Shown here piece by piece: positions 11,357 through 22,129 of a stretch of DNA of 64,000 nt. The notes under the pieces were generated by a model. That model ran no database searches. It saw only the letters and a program-made list of their open reading frames with translations, and was not told the DNA's origin. The position numbers and the translations under genes were made by a program. Each line of letters begins with the position of its first letter. Position 1 is the first letter of the stretch. This DNA is from Candidatus Marinacidobacterales bacterium (lineage in GTDB: Bacteria > Acidobacteriota > Vicinamibacteria > Marinacidobacterales > SMYC01): assembly GCA_965237955.1 (NCBI GenBank), contig OZ250169.1:7040001-7104000 (forward strand), in the 5' to 3' direction.

Positions 11357-11372
11357 GATATTGGGGTGTTCG

Positions 11373-11837
11373 TTAGCTCAGCTTCTCGTTCAAACCCTCG
11401 TCTGTAAGGCCCAAGATCTCGGCCGCGGCCGCCCGATCACCGCCACAATCCTCGAGAACTCGCTCGATGTAGTCCGCCTCGGCGTCTTCGAGACTCATCC
11501 AATCGCCCTGGACAGCACCCCCTGCCGGCAGTCCCGGCTCGAGGCCAAGGTAGGTCCAAACATCTTTTCCCACACGCTCTTTGAACAAATCCGCGAGCGA
11601 GCGAACGCTCCCTACCGACTCGTCCTGGTTGACGCGCTCAACGCGATGGATCGGCAGGAACATCGTCGACAGTCCCATCTCGCTATCGCCGCGGCCGACC
11701 GAGCGGCTCCAATCGTCGAAGGAGTTCAAGTCGATGCCCCGGACGTTGATCCCGCTCTCCTGGATCGAAAGCAGAATCCCCCACACCTTCTCACGAGGAT
11801 TCTGGAGGTTGACGAGAACGGCGGAAAACTTCTTCAC
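11373..11837 (-). CDS. Hypothetical protein with C-terminal Fis-type HTH
   Basis: GTG start overlapping upstream stop; C-term SLEDAEADYIERVLEDCGGDRAAAAEILGL matches the HTH_8 pattern. Confidence 0.75.
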   Translation of the reverse strand: MKKFSAVLVNLQNPREKVWGILLSIQESGINVRGIDLNSFDDWSRSVGRGDSEMGLSTMFLPIHRVERVNQDESVGSVRSLADLFKERVGKDVWTYLGLEPGLPAGGAVQGDWMSLEDAEADYIERVLEDCGGDRAAAAEILGLTDEGLNEKLS

Positions 11838-13033
11838 GAATCGGTACAATCTGTACGGGCCGCGAAGAATTGCTGCACGCGGCGAATGCCTTCCTCGATG
11901 ACCTCGCGCGAGCACGCGAAACTCACGCGCAGATGGCCGTCGCACCCAAAAGCGAGTCCCGGCACGACCGCGACCCGCACTTCGGATAAGAGCTCGGTGG
12001 CGAGCTCGGTCGTGTTCTCACCTGGGCGCAGGTAGTGCGACACGTTGGGAAACAGATAAAACCCGCCACCCGGAATCCCGCAACGAACGTTGGGAATTTC
12101 GAGCAACCCCTCGCGCAGTCGATGCGCACGCCACTTGTACTCCGCGATCATATCCGCGAGCACGCTCTGATCCGAGCTGAGCGCGGTCAGCGCCGCCTTT
12201 TGCGAGATCGAGCTCGCGTTCGACGTCATCTGACTCTGGAGCGAGCCGCACGCCTCGATGATCGCTTCGGGTCCCATCGCCCAACCGATGCGCCATCCCG
12301 TCATGGCGTACGCCTTCGAAGCGGTACCAGCGATCAAGAACCGATCACCCAACAACTGTTGAACGTGCCGGAGCGCGGCCGCGGGCGCCGGCTCGAACAT
12401 CAAGCGCGCGTAGGTGTCGTCCCACAGTAAGAACGTGTCGCGATCTTCGGTCAGATTTCCCAAAGCCCGGATCTCTCCCTCGCCGATCACGGCGCCGGTA
12501 GGATTGGCGGGAAAGTTGAGAAGCAACATCCGCGTCCGATCGGTGATGGCGGGCGCGATGACATCGGCGGTCATGCGAAACCCGTCATCCTCGGATGTCG
12601 CGGCGAACACCGGCTCACCGCCGGCAAGACGCACTTGCTCCGAAAACGTCCCCCAATACGGCGTCGGGATGACGACTTCATCGCCCGCATCGACGAGGGA
12701 GAGCATGAGATTCAAGAGCGCGTGCTTGCCACCGCTAGTAATAATGACGCCCGAGCTATCGAATTCGAGTCCGTAGTCCTCGCGATAGCGATCCGCCACC
12801 GCTTGGCGCAGCTCCGGTGTTCCCGGATTCGGCGTGTAGCGCGTGAAGTTGTCGGCGATGGCCTTTTCTCCGGAGAGCTTGATGTGCTCCGGGGTCGGAA
12901 AATCCGGCTGGCCGGCGGAGAAGTCGACGAGGTCCACACCCTTGGCCTTCAGGCGCATGGCTTCCGCCATCACCGCCATCGTGGGTGACGGTTGGATTTG
13001 GCTTATCCGCTGGGCGAGGCGTAACGATTTCAC
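11834..13033 (-). CDS. PLP-dependent aspartate aminotransferase (class I/II)
   Basis: GQPDFPTP, NFPANPTG, SKAYAMTGWRIG. Confidence 0.92.
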   Translation of the reverse strand: MKSLRLAQRISQIQPSPTMAVMAEAMRLKAKGVDLVDFSAGQPDFPTPEHIKLSGEKAIADNFTRYTPNPGTPELRQAVADRYREDYGLEFDSSGVIITSGGKHALLNLMLSLVDAGDEVVIPTPYWGTFSEQVRLAGGEPVFAATSEDDGFRMTADVIAPAITDRTRMLLLNFPANPTGAVIGEGEIRALGNLTEDRDTFLLWDDTYARLMFEPAPAAALRHVQQLLGDRFLIAGTASKAYAMTGWRIGWAMGPEAIIEACGSLQSQMTSNASSISQKAALTALSSDQSVLADMIAEYKWRAHRLREGLLEIPNVRCGIPGGGFYLFPNVSHYLRPGENTTELATELLSEVRVAVVPGLAFGCDGHLRVSFACSREVIEEGIRRVQQFFAARTDCTDS

Positions 13034-13034
13034 G

Positions 13035-13526
13035 TCATTTCTTGCGAGCTCTCTCGTAAAGACGCTTTTCGACACCTTTCGGGACGAGCCCGGTAATATT
13101 GCCTCCGAGAGTCGCGACTTCTTTGACGAGGCGCGAGCTCACGTAGGAGTACTCTTCGGCGGGCATCATGAACACGGTCTCGATCGAAGGTGCGAGGCGC
13201 CGATTCATCAAGGCCATTTGAAACTCGTACTCGAAGTCCGAGATCGCGCGGATGCCCCTGACGATGGTCGTCGCGTTGCGTTTGGCCGCATAGTCCACCA
13301 ACAGACCACTAAAGGAGTCCGCTTCCACGTTGTCGAGCTTTGCGAACGTCTCTCCGATCATCTCGAGACGTTCTTCCACGGTGAACATCGGCGTTTTCTC
13401 GATGTTCTCGAGCACTGCGACGATGATGATGTCGAACAACGAGCTCCCACGCTCGATGATGTCGACGTGACCCAACGTCAGCGGGTCGAACGACCCGGGG
13501 TACAAGGCAACGCGTAGGCCCGCCAT
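13035..13526 (-). CDS. coaD: Phosphopantetheine adenylyltransferase
   Basis: YPGSFDPLTLGH, RGIRAISDFEYE, SSRLVKEV. Confidence 0.97.
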   Translation of the reverse strand: MAGLRVALYPGSFDPLTLGHVDIIERGSSLFDIIIVAVLENIEKTPMFTVEERLEMIGETFAKLDNVEADSFSGLLVDYAAKRNATTIVRGIRAISDFEYEFQMALMNRRLAPSIETVFMMPAEEYSYVSSRLVKEVATLGGNITGLVPKGVEKRLYERARKK

Positions 13527-13535
13527 GAGCGCAGC

Positions 13536-14117
13536 CTAGCACACCCTCTGGTAGAGCGTGAAGCAGCTCTCGCCGGACTTGAGTCGCCGAAAACGCGTTA
13601 ACTCGCCGTAGCTTTCGAGAAGCTCTCGCTTGTGGTGGTGCTCGACGACGACCAGACCGTCGGAAACAACCAACTCCCCCGTCCCAAGGGCCGACAGCAG
13701 ACGACTGAGCTCGTCCTCGAGCTCGTCAGTCTCGTACGGCGGATCGGCAAACACCAAATCGAACGTCTCCCCATCGTGTTCGAGCTTCGCTAGCGCGGCC
13801 CGGACGTCCAGCGCCAAAAGCTCGCCGCGGCCGGCCACGCCGAGCTCTTCGATGTTCCGCCGGATGACATCGGCGGCTTTTCGGCCCCGCTCGACGAAGA
13901 CCGCCCGCGCCGCACCGCGCGACAACGACTCGAGCCCCAGAGCTCCCGCGCCCGCGAAAAGGTCGAGCACGCGGGCGCCCGCGAGCCCTGCTGATAACGA
14001 TGCGAGCACGTCGAACAGACTCTTTTTGAGTCGAGCACCCGTCGGCCGCGTCTTTGCGCCTTTGGGCGCGTGGAGCTTCCGGCCCGAGAACTCACCGCTT
14101 CCGATACGCATCATCAT
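13536..14117 (-). CDS. rsmD: 16S rRNA m2G966 methyltransferase
   Basis: TRPT, LDLFAGAGALGLESLSRGA, DPPY; next to coaD. Confidence 0.93.
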   Translation of the reverse strand: MMMRIGSGEFSGRKLHAPKGAKTRPTGARLKKSLFDVLASLSAGLAGARVLDLFAGAGALGLESLSRGAARAVFVERGRKAADVIRRNIEELGVAGRGELLALDVRAALAKLEHDGETFDLVFADPPYETDELEDELSRLLSALGTGELVVSDGLVVVEHHHKRELLESYGELTRFRRLKSGESCFTLYQRVC

Positions 14118-16216
14118 CCGGCCGCCGCGAGGCCGAACCGCTCGCCCCAGAGCTCAACGACGTGACCGAGCAGACGCTCGCGGAGATCACCCGTCGCTTG
14201 CCTGGAGGCGAAGAAGCGGTACGCGTCCTTTTTGGCTTTTTCGCGCAACGCTTCATCACGCACCATGTCGGCAATGCGGAAAAGCGGTACGCCCGATTGC
14301 CGTGTGCCGAAGTAATCGCCGGCCCCACGGATCTCGAGGTCGCGCTCGGCGATGACGAACCCATTGCTCGTTTCGGCCATCGCGTCGAGACGTTTTTCAG
14401 CCTCGGGCGTAGGCGAAGGGTACGTCAGCAAGACCGCGGTCGACGGCGCTTCCCCTCGGCCGACGCGTCCTCTCAACTGGTGTAGTTGCGAGAGACCGAA
14501 CCGCTCGGCGTGCTCGATGACCATGAGGGTCGCGTTGGGCACGTCGAGTCCGACTTCGATCACCGTCGTCGCGACCAGGATGTCGACGTCGCCTCGACCG
14601 AACGCCTCCATCGTCTTTTCTCTTTCGTCAGCGCTCATGCGCCCGTGCACGAGCGCGACGCGGCGTTCGGAAAATTCGCGCTGAGACAACGACTCGTACC
14701 GTGCGACCGCCGCTTTCAAGTCCATCTTCTCGGACTCTTCCACGAGCGGGCAGACGAAGTAGACTTGATGACCTTTGGCGATCTCAGCTTCCATGAGGCG
14801 GAATACGTCCTTCAGTTGGGTCGCTTCCCGCCTCAGCGTGGTAATCGGCTTTCGCCCCGGGGGGAGCTCCTTCAAGAGCGCAACGTCGAGATCACCGTAG
14901 ACCACCATCGCGAGACTTCGCGGAATCGGCGTCGCGGTCATGACGAGAAGATCACACCCGAGACCTTTGTTTCGCAGCTCCGCCCGTTGGAGCACGCCGA
15001 AGCGGTGCTGTTCGTCGATGATCGCAAGGCCCAGCTCGCTGAACGCTACCCCTTCCTGGATCAGCGCATGAGTGCCGACGACGAGGTCGACGTCACCGCT
15101 CGCAATCTCCTCGAGAAGTTTGTCGCGTTCAGACTTCTTCAACCGAGCGCTCAACAGAGCTACTCGGTAGCCGGCCGGCTCGAGGAGCTTTCTGATGCTG
15201 GCGAAATGCTGCTCGGCCAAGAGCTCGGTCGGCACCATGAACGCGACTTGCGCACCAGATTCCATGACGATCACGGACGCGAGCACACCGACGATAGTCT
15301 TGCCCGAGCCGACGTCGCCCTGCAAGAGACGTCTCATCGGAACCTCGCTCGCGAGCTCGCCGGCAATGGTCTTGGCCACGTCGCGTTGAGCCGAGGTCAA
15401 CCGGAACGGCAGCATCTTGCGCACGATCTCCCGGATGGCATCATCGACCGGAAAAACGCGCGCCTTCTTTATTCTTTTGTCCGCCGCCCTGAGGAGCGCG
15501 AGCGCGAGGAAGAACAAGAAGAACTCTTCGAAGATGAGACGCTTTTGCGCATCGGAGCGAAACGCGTTGTAGAGATCGATCGGGGCATTCTCCTCGGGAA
15601 AGTGGACCCGCGCGATCGCGTCCTCGCGCGTCGGAAGCTCGTATTGGCGGCATAGCTCTTCCGGTAGCAGCTCCGGAACCCCATGCGGCATCCCCATCAC
15701 CAGAAAATGCACCACCCGACGAAGAACTTTCGGGCTCATCGCACCGATGCGCTCGTAGACAGGCACGATACGGCCGGCGTGGGTGGTCTCGTCTTGACCT
15801 TCTTCGACGAGCTCGTATTGGGCGTTCTTCACCTCGGGGAACAGACTGAAGTCGGTTTGCTCGAACGTTCCGTAGATGAGAACCCGGCGTCCGGGCGTCA
15901 ACGTGTCTTTGAGATACTCCTGGTTGAACCACACCGCCTTCAGCTTTCCAGTCTCGTCCTTCGCGACGAGCTCGACGATCTCGAAGTTCTTCCGCCGGGT
16001 CGTGCGAACGTTCACCGACACGACTTCGACTTCGACCGTGCCGCTTTGCCCGGGCTCGATATCGGCGATGCGCAGGCGTCGGCTTCGATCTTCATAGCGG
16101 AACGGCAGATACAGGAGGAGGTCGTAGACGGTGTGGATCCCGACCTTGGCGAGAGCTTCGGCCTTTTTGGGACCTACGCCCTTGACGAATTGGATCGGTG
16201 TGTCGATGTTCAGCAT
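14114..16216 (-). CDS. recG: ATP-dependent DNA helicase RecG
   Basis: LQGDVGSGKT, DEQHRFG, MTATPIPR, QLHQLRGRVGRG. Confidence 0.97.
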   Translation of the reverse strand: MLNIDTPIQFVKGVGPKKAEALAKVGIHTVYDLLLYLPFRYEDRSRRLRIADIEPGQSGTVEVEVVSVNVRTTRRKNFEIVELVAKDETGKLKAVWFNQEYLKDTLTPGRRVLIYGTFEQTDFSLFPEVKNAQYELVEEGQDETTHAGRIVPVYERIGAMSPKVLRRVVHFLVMGMPHGVPELLPEELCRQYELPTREDAIARVHFPEENAPIDLYNAFRSDAQKRLIFEEFFLFFLALALLRAADKRIKKARVFPVDDAIREIVRKMLPFRLTSAQRDVAKTIAGELASEVPMRRLLQGDVGSGKTIVGVLASVIVMESGAQVAFMVPTELLAEQHFASIRKLLEPAGYRVALLSARLKKSERDKLLEEIASGDVDLVVGTHALIQEGVAFSELGLAIIDEQHRFGVLQRAELRNKGLGCDLLVMTATPIPRSLAMVVYGDLDVALLKELPPGRKPITTLRREATQLKDVFRLMEAEIAKGHQVYFVCPLVEESEKMDLKAAVARYESLSQREFSERRVALVHGRMSADEREKTMEAFGRGDVDILVATTVIEVGLDVPNATLMVIEHAERFGLSQLHQLRGRVGRGEAPSTAVLLTYPSPTPEAEKRLDAMAETSNGFVIAERDLEIRGAGDYFGTRQSGVPLFRIADMVRDEALREKAKKDAYRFFASRQATGDLRERLLGHVVELWGERFGLAAAG

Positions 16217-16239
16217 AGCCGCGGACTACCGCGGTAATG

Positions 16240-16818
16240 CTACTTGAGAGGAGCCGTGGCGCGCTGCACTACCTTGACCGTTCCCGGTTGGCACTGGATG
16301 CTCTCCAAATCGAACGGCAGGATGAACGCTTCGCCGAGGCGGAAACCGGGAGGAAGGAACTCGCTCGCGTCCTCGTTGCTGATGAACGCCGCCACCAGGT
16401 CCGGAGGAAGCTCGACACCGGCGAGCCTGACCCGCTCGAGCACGAGCTTCCCGACGCCCGCCGCTGCATTGATACGGGCCGTGACCTCGACGGGAACGCG
16501 ACCGGACAAAAGCTGAAAAAACATGGAGTCGGGAAGCTGCCCTTGGAGTTTATCGAGATCGAGCGTGGCACCGACGATGGCAAGGCTTTGTTCGAACTTC
16601 ACCCACGGGCTCTCGATTCCCTCGGGAAGCTCTTTCACGGTCCGCTCGCGGATGTACGCGTTGGCTTCTTCTTCCGGGATGTCGAACTCTTTGGGTGCGT
16701 CGGCGCCCTCTTGGTGGCGCGTAACCAGCTCGTCGAGCTTGGCTTCGAGGCCATCGCCAGCGTAGGCGGACGCAAGCGACATTGCGAGGGTGATACCCAG
16801 GGTGGTCAGGTACCTCAT
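16240..16818 (-). CDS. Exported hypothetical protein
   Basis: Signal-peptide-like N-terminus (MRYLTTLGITLAMSLASAYA); continuous ORF. Confidence 0.7.
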   Translation of the reverse strand: MRYLTTLGITLAMSLASAYAGDGLEAKLDELVTRHQEGADAPKEFDIPEEEANAYIRERTVKELPEGIESPWVKFEQSLAIVGATLDLDKLQGQLPDSMFFQLLSGRVPVEVTARINAAAGVGKLVLERVRLAGVELPPDLVAAFISNEDASEFLPPGFRLGEAFILPFDLESIQCQPGTVKVVQRATAPLK

Positions 16819-16856
16819 CACACCCCATCCTACTGCAACCGCAAAGTGTCGCAAAC

Positions 16857-18370
16857 CTATATCACTGGCGGTGTGAGCTCCGCGCGCAGCCGTCGAGCCT
16901 CATGGTGATTCGGTTCCAAGGAGAGCGCTTTCTCGACCTCGTCAAAAGCTTTCACCGGATCTTCGAGCTCCATGTACACCCGGGCGAGCTCCATGTGGGT
17001 CTCAACCGAGGCCTCGGTCCATAGCAGCATCGAGAGCTCCCGAACGGCCTGATCGAGCTCACCGGACTCGCGGAGGAGGTCCACGAGCTCACGGCGAACC
17101 TCCATCGCACCGGGCTCGCGGTACAGGCTTTTCTGTAACAACTGGATCGCGTCATCGACACGCCCCCGTTCACGCAGCGCGCGGGCGTCGAGAAGCTCGA
17201 CGAGGGCAACGACATCCTCACCTTCCGCGATGTCGACTTCGCGCGGCGTGAGAGCCTCCGCGGGGCGAGCCCAACCGGTGACCACCGCCGGGTCGACGTC
17301 CGCAAGATCCGGCGCGAGGGTGAGCGCGGTAGCGCGGGCAACCTCGGCCTCATGGGTCTCGGCCTGCGACGACGCCGCCGCAAAGAGCAGGAGATGAACT
17401 TCGCCGTCCCACGGCATGAGCGCGCTCGCTTCTTCGAACTGCTCGAGAGCGAGCGCACCCTTCCCTGAGCGCCACAGGCTCCATCCAAGGTTGAAATGGT
17501 ACGTCGCGTTCGACTCGTCCGCGTTTTTGACCGCAAGCTGGAACGCTTCGGTCGCGGGCAAGAACCGTTCGAGTCGCATGAGAGCCACGCCCTGATTGTT
17601 GTAGCTCGCACTCTCTAAGCCATCCACCGACGACAGGCTCGCGAACACTTGAAGCGCCGACTCCCACGATTCGACGCCGAGGTAGGCCATGCCCAAATCG
17701 AAATAAGCTTTGCGGTCGCGGGCGCCTTCATCGCCAGCGGCAACGAGGACATCGATGGCTCGTCTAGGCTCACCCGCGTCCAGCAGTAGACGACCCAGCA
17801 TCAGACGCGCTTCGAGATACTCCGGCTCGTGCTCGAGCGCTTTCTCGAGGCGGCGGCGCTGCTCCTCGGGGTCGGCGCTCACCCGCGCCAGCGCACTTTC
17901 CTCGAGGGCAGCAAGCGATAGCTTCGCCCGCCGTTTGGCGCGATCCTCGAAACCCGACGGTGCCGAATGTGCCTCGAGCCGGAACAGGTTCTTGGCTACT
18001 TGGTTCGAAAGTGGGGCGAGCTCATCGCTCGGAGCGTAATCCTCGACAATCCCCACGGTCGCACCCCTTACGAGGTCGACGACGCGGGCTTCGACGTCGA
18101 GCCGCTCTCCTCCGTCGTGCGAAAAGCCCCAACGACGAGGCGCTGAGCGTCCAGTTCCTTCCCGAGAATGATTGCGGTCGCACGGCTGACCGGCTCTCCG
18201 GGCACGAAGCCGAGCTCGATCAGCGTGCGATTGCGTGTTCGAAGATCCACGACCTCGTGCCCCGCCGACTGGAAGTGGGTACTGATGGCTTCTTCGAACG
18301 CACTTCCCTTCCAATCCTGGGCGGGATCGGTGCCGACGTTCTCGAACGGCAGAGTTTGAAAGCGCACCAA
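16857..18370 (-). pseudogene. TolB-N/CsgG-like + TPR protein, frameshifted near 18105
   Basis: LPFENVG...LVVGAF in ORF 18068-18370 continues as RLDVEARVVDL plus TPR repeats in ORF 16857-18314. Confidence 0.75.
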
Positions 18371-18413
18371 TTATACACCCAGCCCGCGTGCTTTATAATG
18401 TTAGAAAGCGCCG

Positions 18414-18854
18414 ATGTCCAACCAGCCGAGCTCCGAACGACCGATGGGTGTCTACCTGGTTGCTCTTTATTTCGTTCTCGCGGGTTTCCTCGAATCGATC
18501 CAGAAATACCACGAATGGAACACTCCCCTGTCGTTCAAACCCTGGGCCGAACATTCTGTCTGGGAGCTCGCCGCCCACACCCTGATATACCTCGCGCTTG
18601 CCCTACTCGTGTGGAACTTCGCCTCGCTCGGCCGTATCGGTGCTCTGGTGTTCGGCTACGCGCACTTGGGGATGTACGTGGTCATTTACGTGTTGTATGA
18701 GGGCGAGACGTCGCTCACGATCACGCCGCTCTTCTTGAGCATCGCGATTTATCACGTTACCGCCCTCATCCCCGTCGTCGCCTACCTACAGCCGAAACGA
18801 CAGAAAAAGCTCTTCAACGTCAGCCTGCTCGATATGCTCCTCTCGAGCGACTAG
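18414..18854 (+). CDS. Small four-TM membrane protein
   Basis: Four hydrophobic segments; TATAAT upstream. Confidence 0.7.
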   Translation: MSNQPSSERPMGVYLVALYFVLAGFLESIQKYHEWNTPLSFKPWAEHSVWELAAHTLIYLALALLVWNFASLGRIGALVFGYAHLGMYVVIYVLYEGETSLTITPLFLSIAIYHVTALIPVVAYLQPKRQKKLFNVSLLDMLLSSD

Positions 18855-18988
18855 CGTTTGCTGCCGGGACCGCGCTTTGCTACGATCCATGGGTCTGGCA
18901 TCGACCTTGGTTCGGTCGATTGGTCTGACCCCCCAACCTATTGAATCTATAGATCTTATAATTTACTACGCTTGGTTTGGAGGCGCCT

Positions 18989-20215
18989 ATGTCATCGCTG
19001 CCGACACGGGGGGAGTCCCGGCAGCAGTTAATCCGGCTTTTGAAAGAAGCCACCGCAGGCAAGACCGATGCCCTTCAGAAGCTTCTGAAAAACGCCCCCG
19101 ACGCCTACGCTCCGCTGCTCCGCCTGTTGACCCAGCTCGACTACACCGAAACCGAAGCGCACGAGCACTGGGACGCGATCCTGAGTCACCGCGACGAGCT
19201 TTCCAAAAAGCTCGGACGCACAAGCTCGCTCCAGGTCGCCGCGCTCGACTACTTTCAGAACTTGAAGGGCGCGATCCGAATTCCCAAGATCCTCGAGATG
19301 TCGACTTTTCTCGCGACGGAGCGGAGCGCCATCACCGATGGCCTGACCGGTCTCTACAACCGTCAATTCTTCGACGCCAGTCTGCGACGCGAGCTCAAGC
19401 GCGCCCGTCGCTACGGGCTTTCGTTCTCGTTGGTCATGCTCGACGTCGACGACTTCAAGTCCGTTAACGATATCCATGGGCACGTCGCCGGCGACGAGGC
19501 GCTGAACCTCACCAGTAACGTCATCCGCGCGAGCGTTCGCGAGATCGACGTCGCGTGCCGCTACGGCGGCGAAGAGTTCGCGCTCATCCTGCCCGAGACG
19601 AGCCGCACCGGCGCATACATCGTGTCCGAGCGGATCCGATTGGATGTGAAAGAGATGTTCAGCCACCAGCTCGTCGCCACGTCGCACATCGATCTCTCGG
19701 TGAGCGGCGGCATCGCCATCTACCCCACGGATTCCAATTCGGCCGAGGGACTTTTGCGGATGGCCGACAAGGCGCTCTACCGCTCGAAGCACGACGGCAA
19801 GGACCAGATCACGCTCCACGCCGACGAGAAGCGACGCTCCCCTAGGCTCTAGGCGCGAACGCTCCTCGTCTTCCGCGAGCGTGAGGAAAATGGCCGACAA
19901 GAGCTCAGAAGCGAAACCCGCAACCTGTCGCGAAACGGTGCGCTTCTCGAGAGCCGTATCCCGTTCGAGATCGGAACCGAGCTCGAGATCGATATCCATC
20001 TGCCGCAAAACAATTCCAGCTTGCTTCTGAAGGGCCGCGTCGTGCGGCTCGAAGAGACCTCGGAAGAAACCGGAGATCATGCGCGGTACCACGTGGGCGT
20101 GGCCTTCCTCGCGGACACCGACGAAGACGCCCGGACGCTAGAAGGGCTCGCCTCGGAAATCTACCGGCCCGAGCACCACGACGACACACCTGGCGGCGTG
20201 GATAACCTCGGCTAA
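18989..20215 (+). pseudogene. Diguanylate cyclase (GGEEF) with C-terminal PilZ domain, interrupted by in-frame TAG at 19850-19852
   Basis: TDGLTGLYNR, REID I-site, RYGGEEF; EKRRSPRL*ARTLLV...TRNLSRNGA stays in frame to TAA 20215. Confidence 0.85.
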
Positions 20216-20238
20216 AAACCGTACACTTTGAGGCGAGG

Positions 20239-21492
20239 ATGAAAGACTGGGATTTCTCGCCGCCGCCCCGCTCCGAGCTGGGTGACCACGACGTGCGCTC
20301 GTTCGGCAAACACCTCGAGGGCAAGCGCGTCGCCCTCATGGTCTCCGGCGGGATTGCCGCGATCACAGCACCCTTCATCGCACGGGCTCTGAGAAAACAA
20401 GGCGCAACCGTCGTCGCGTATGCCTCCAAAGAAGGGCTCCGCTACACCACGGAAGATTCTCTCGAGTGGTCGACGACGAATCCGGTCATCACCCGGCTGA
20501 GCCCCTCGGCGGAACACCTCCACGACGCCGAGCGGTTCGACGGCTATCTCGTTGCACCAGCCACCTACAACACTATTAATAAGGTTGCACTCGGTATCGC
20601 CGATGGCGTCCTGACCGCGACGCTAGCGGCGGCCCTCGGCCGCATGGTGCGAGGCGACACGAAAGTGCTCATCGCCCCGACCATGCACGGCGATATGCAC
20701 TCGCCCATCCTCATCGACTCGATGAAAAAGCTCAGCGACATGGGCGTCCGCATCATCCCGCCGCGAGAGGACTACGGGAAGCACAACATTCCCGACACCG
20801 AAACGCTCGTGGCCGAAGTCTGCGCCGAGCTCGCCACATCGCCCTTGAAGGGACGCCGCATCCTCGTCACCGGCGGATCCACGCCGGTCCCGATCGATAG
20901 CGTCCGTCTCATCACCAATCGCTTCACCGGCAAACTCGGCACCGCCATCGCGGACGAACTCACCCTCCGAGGCGCCAAAGTCCAATTCGTCCTCGGAAAG
21001 ACGGGCCTCGTCCCGCCGTCCTATATCGAGTGCACCCACGCCCGAGACTACGACGAGTATCGCGACGCGGTCCTCGAAGCCCTGGGTGAAGGCGACTACG
21101 CCTGTGGCATCTTCTCGGCCGCCGTCGCCGACTACAAGCCCCGCGAAGTTGCCGAGGGCAAAATCCCTTCCGGCGGGGCACTCGAAAGCCTCGAGCTCGT
21201 GCCGACCGAGAACGTGATCAACCTCGTGCGCGAGCGCTTCCCCGATGTCCCCATGGTGTCGTTCAAGTACCAGGAGAACATCGACCACGAAGAGCTCATG
21301 CAGATCGCCCAAAGCCGCGTCGACAAAGGCCACCTGGCCGTCGTCGCCAACCGAGGCGAAGAAACAGGCGAAAACGGTGAGCAAATCGCCTACATCGTCA
21401 CCGCCGGCGCTGAGCCCGCGCGGTTCACCGACAAGCCCGAGATCGCCGGCGGCATCGCCGATTTCCTCGAGCAAAGCCTAGAATCACGTTAA
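20239..21492 (+). CDS. coaBC: Phosphopantothenoylcysteine decarboxylase/ligase
   Basis: SGGIAA, VAPATYNTINK, PTMH, VTGGSTPVPIDSVRLITNRFTGKLG, SAAVADY. Confidence 0.9.
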   Translation: MKDWDFSPPPRSELGDHDVRSFGKHLEGKRVALMVSGGIAAITAPFIARALRKQGATVVAYASKEGLRYTTEDSLEWSTTNPVITRLSPSAEHLHDAERFDGYLVAPATYNTINKVALGIADGVLTATLAAALGRMVRGDTKVLIAPTMHGDMHSPILIDSMKKLSDMGVRIIPPREDYGKHNIPDTETLVAEVCAELATSPLKGRRILVTGGSTPVPIDSVRLITNRFTGKLGTAIADELTLRGAKVQFVLGKTGLVPPSYIECTHARDYDEYRDAVLEALGEGDYACGIFSAAVADYKPREVAEGKIPSGGALESLELVPTENVINLVRERFPDVPMVSFKYQENIDHEELMQIAQSRVDKGHLAVVANRGEETGENGEQIAYIVTAGAEPARFTDKPEIAGGIADFLEQSLESR

Positions 21493-21493
21493 C

Positions 21494-21522
21494 TTGACAT
21501 TCACATTGGGAGTGCGGATAAT
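21494..21522 (+). promoter_or_regulatory. Sigma70 promoter of tRNA-Met
   Basis: TTGACA-N17-GATAAT. Confidence 0.8.
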
Positions 21523-21539
21523 ACTTGCCCCTACGTTGA

Positions 21540-21616
21540 CGCGGGGTGGAGCAGTCCGGTAGCTCGTTGGGCTCATAACCCAAAGGCCGCGGGTTCAAAT
21601 CCCGCCCCCGCCACCA
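21540..21616 (+). tRNA. tRNA-fMet (CAT)
   Basis: CGCGGGGTGGAGCAG...TTGGGCTCATAACCCAA...GGTTCAAATCC...ACCA; unpaired C1 and three G-C pairs in the anticodon stem. Confidence 0.96.
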
Positions 21617-21627
21617 TCTAAGTCCTT

Positions 21628-22005
21628 TCACTCCATCGAGTTCCCTTTTCCTACCAAGCCCGTCTCCACAATGTCTCCAAAACGAGAGACGGTTTTTGGT
21701 TGCTCCAAGATTCTGATCGCTTCTTCAACCGCTGCCGGACTCAGGTGCATGTACCGCTGGGTGGTCGTCAGGTCCTTGTGTCCAGCGAGTTCCTGGATCG
21801 ATCTTGCAGGCACTCCTTTCATCGCCAAATGACTACAAAAGGTGTGCCGCAAGATGTGAACTCCGCCGTTCGCAAGATTCGCCCGTCGCGCGGCCCGTGA
21901 CACAAAGCCCTGAACGCGCTTCTGAGTGAGGGGCTTGCCGTCCAATTCGCACACGACGCGTTCTCCCTTGAGATGCCGGTGGGCCTGAAGGGCTTCGGCA
22001 AGACG
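21628..22005 (-). pseudogene. Tyrosine recombinase/integrase, C-terminal remnant
   Basis: HILRHTF...LAGHKDLTTTQRY catalytic motifs; N-terminus missing; abuts the tRNA 3' end. Confidence 0.85.
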
Positions 22006-22129
22006 GGGTCGCCGGAGGAGCAACCGGCGCTGCTGAGTTGCCCGCCTCGATGCCGTAGGCCCCTCCAGCGTGACTGGATGAGCACACAGCTTTTTGTTAG
22101 ACTGGAAGCTGTACCGCTGTCAGACAATC

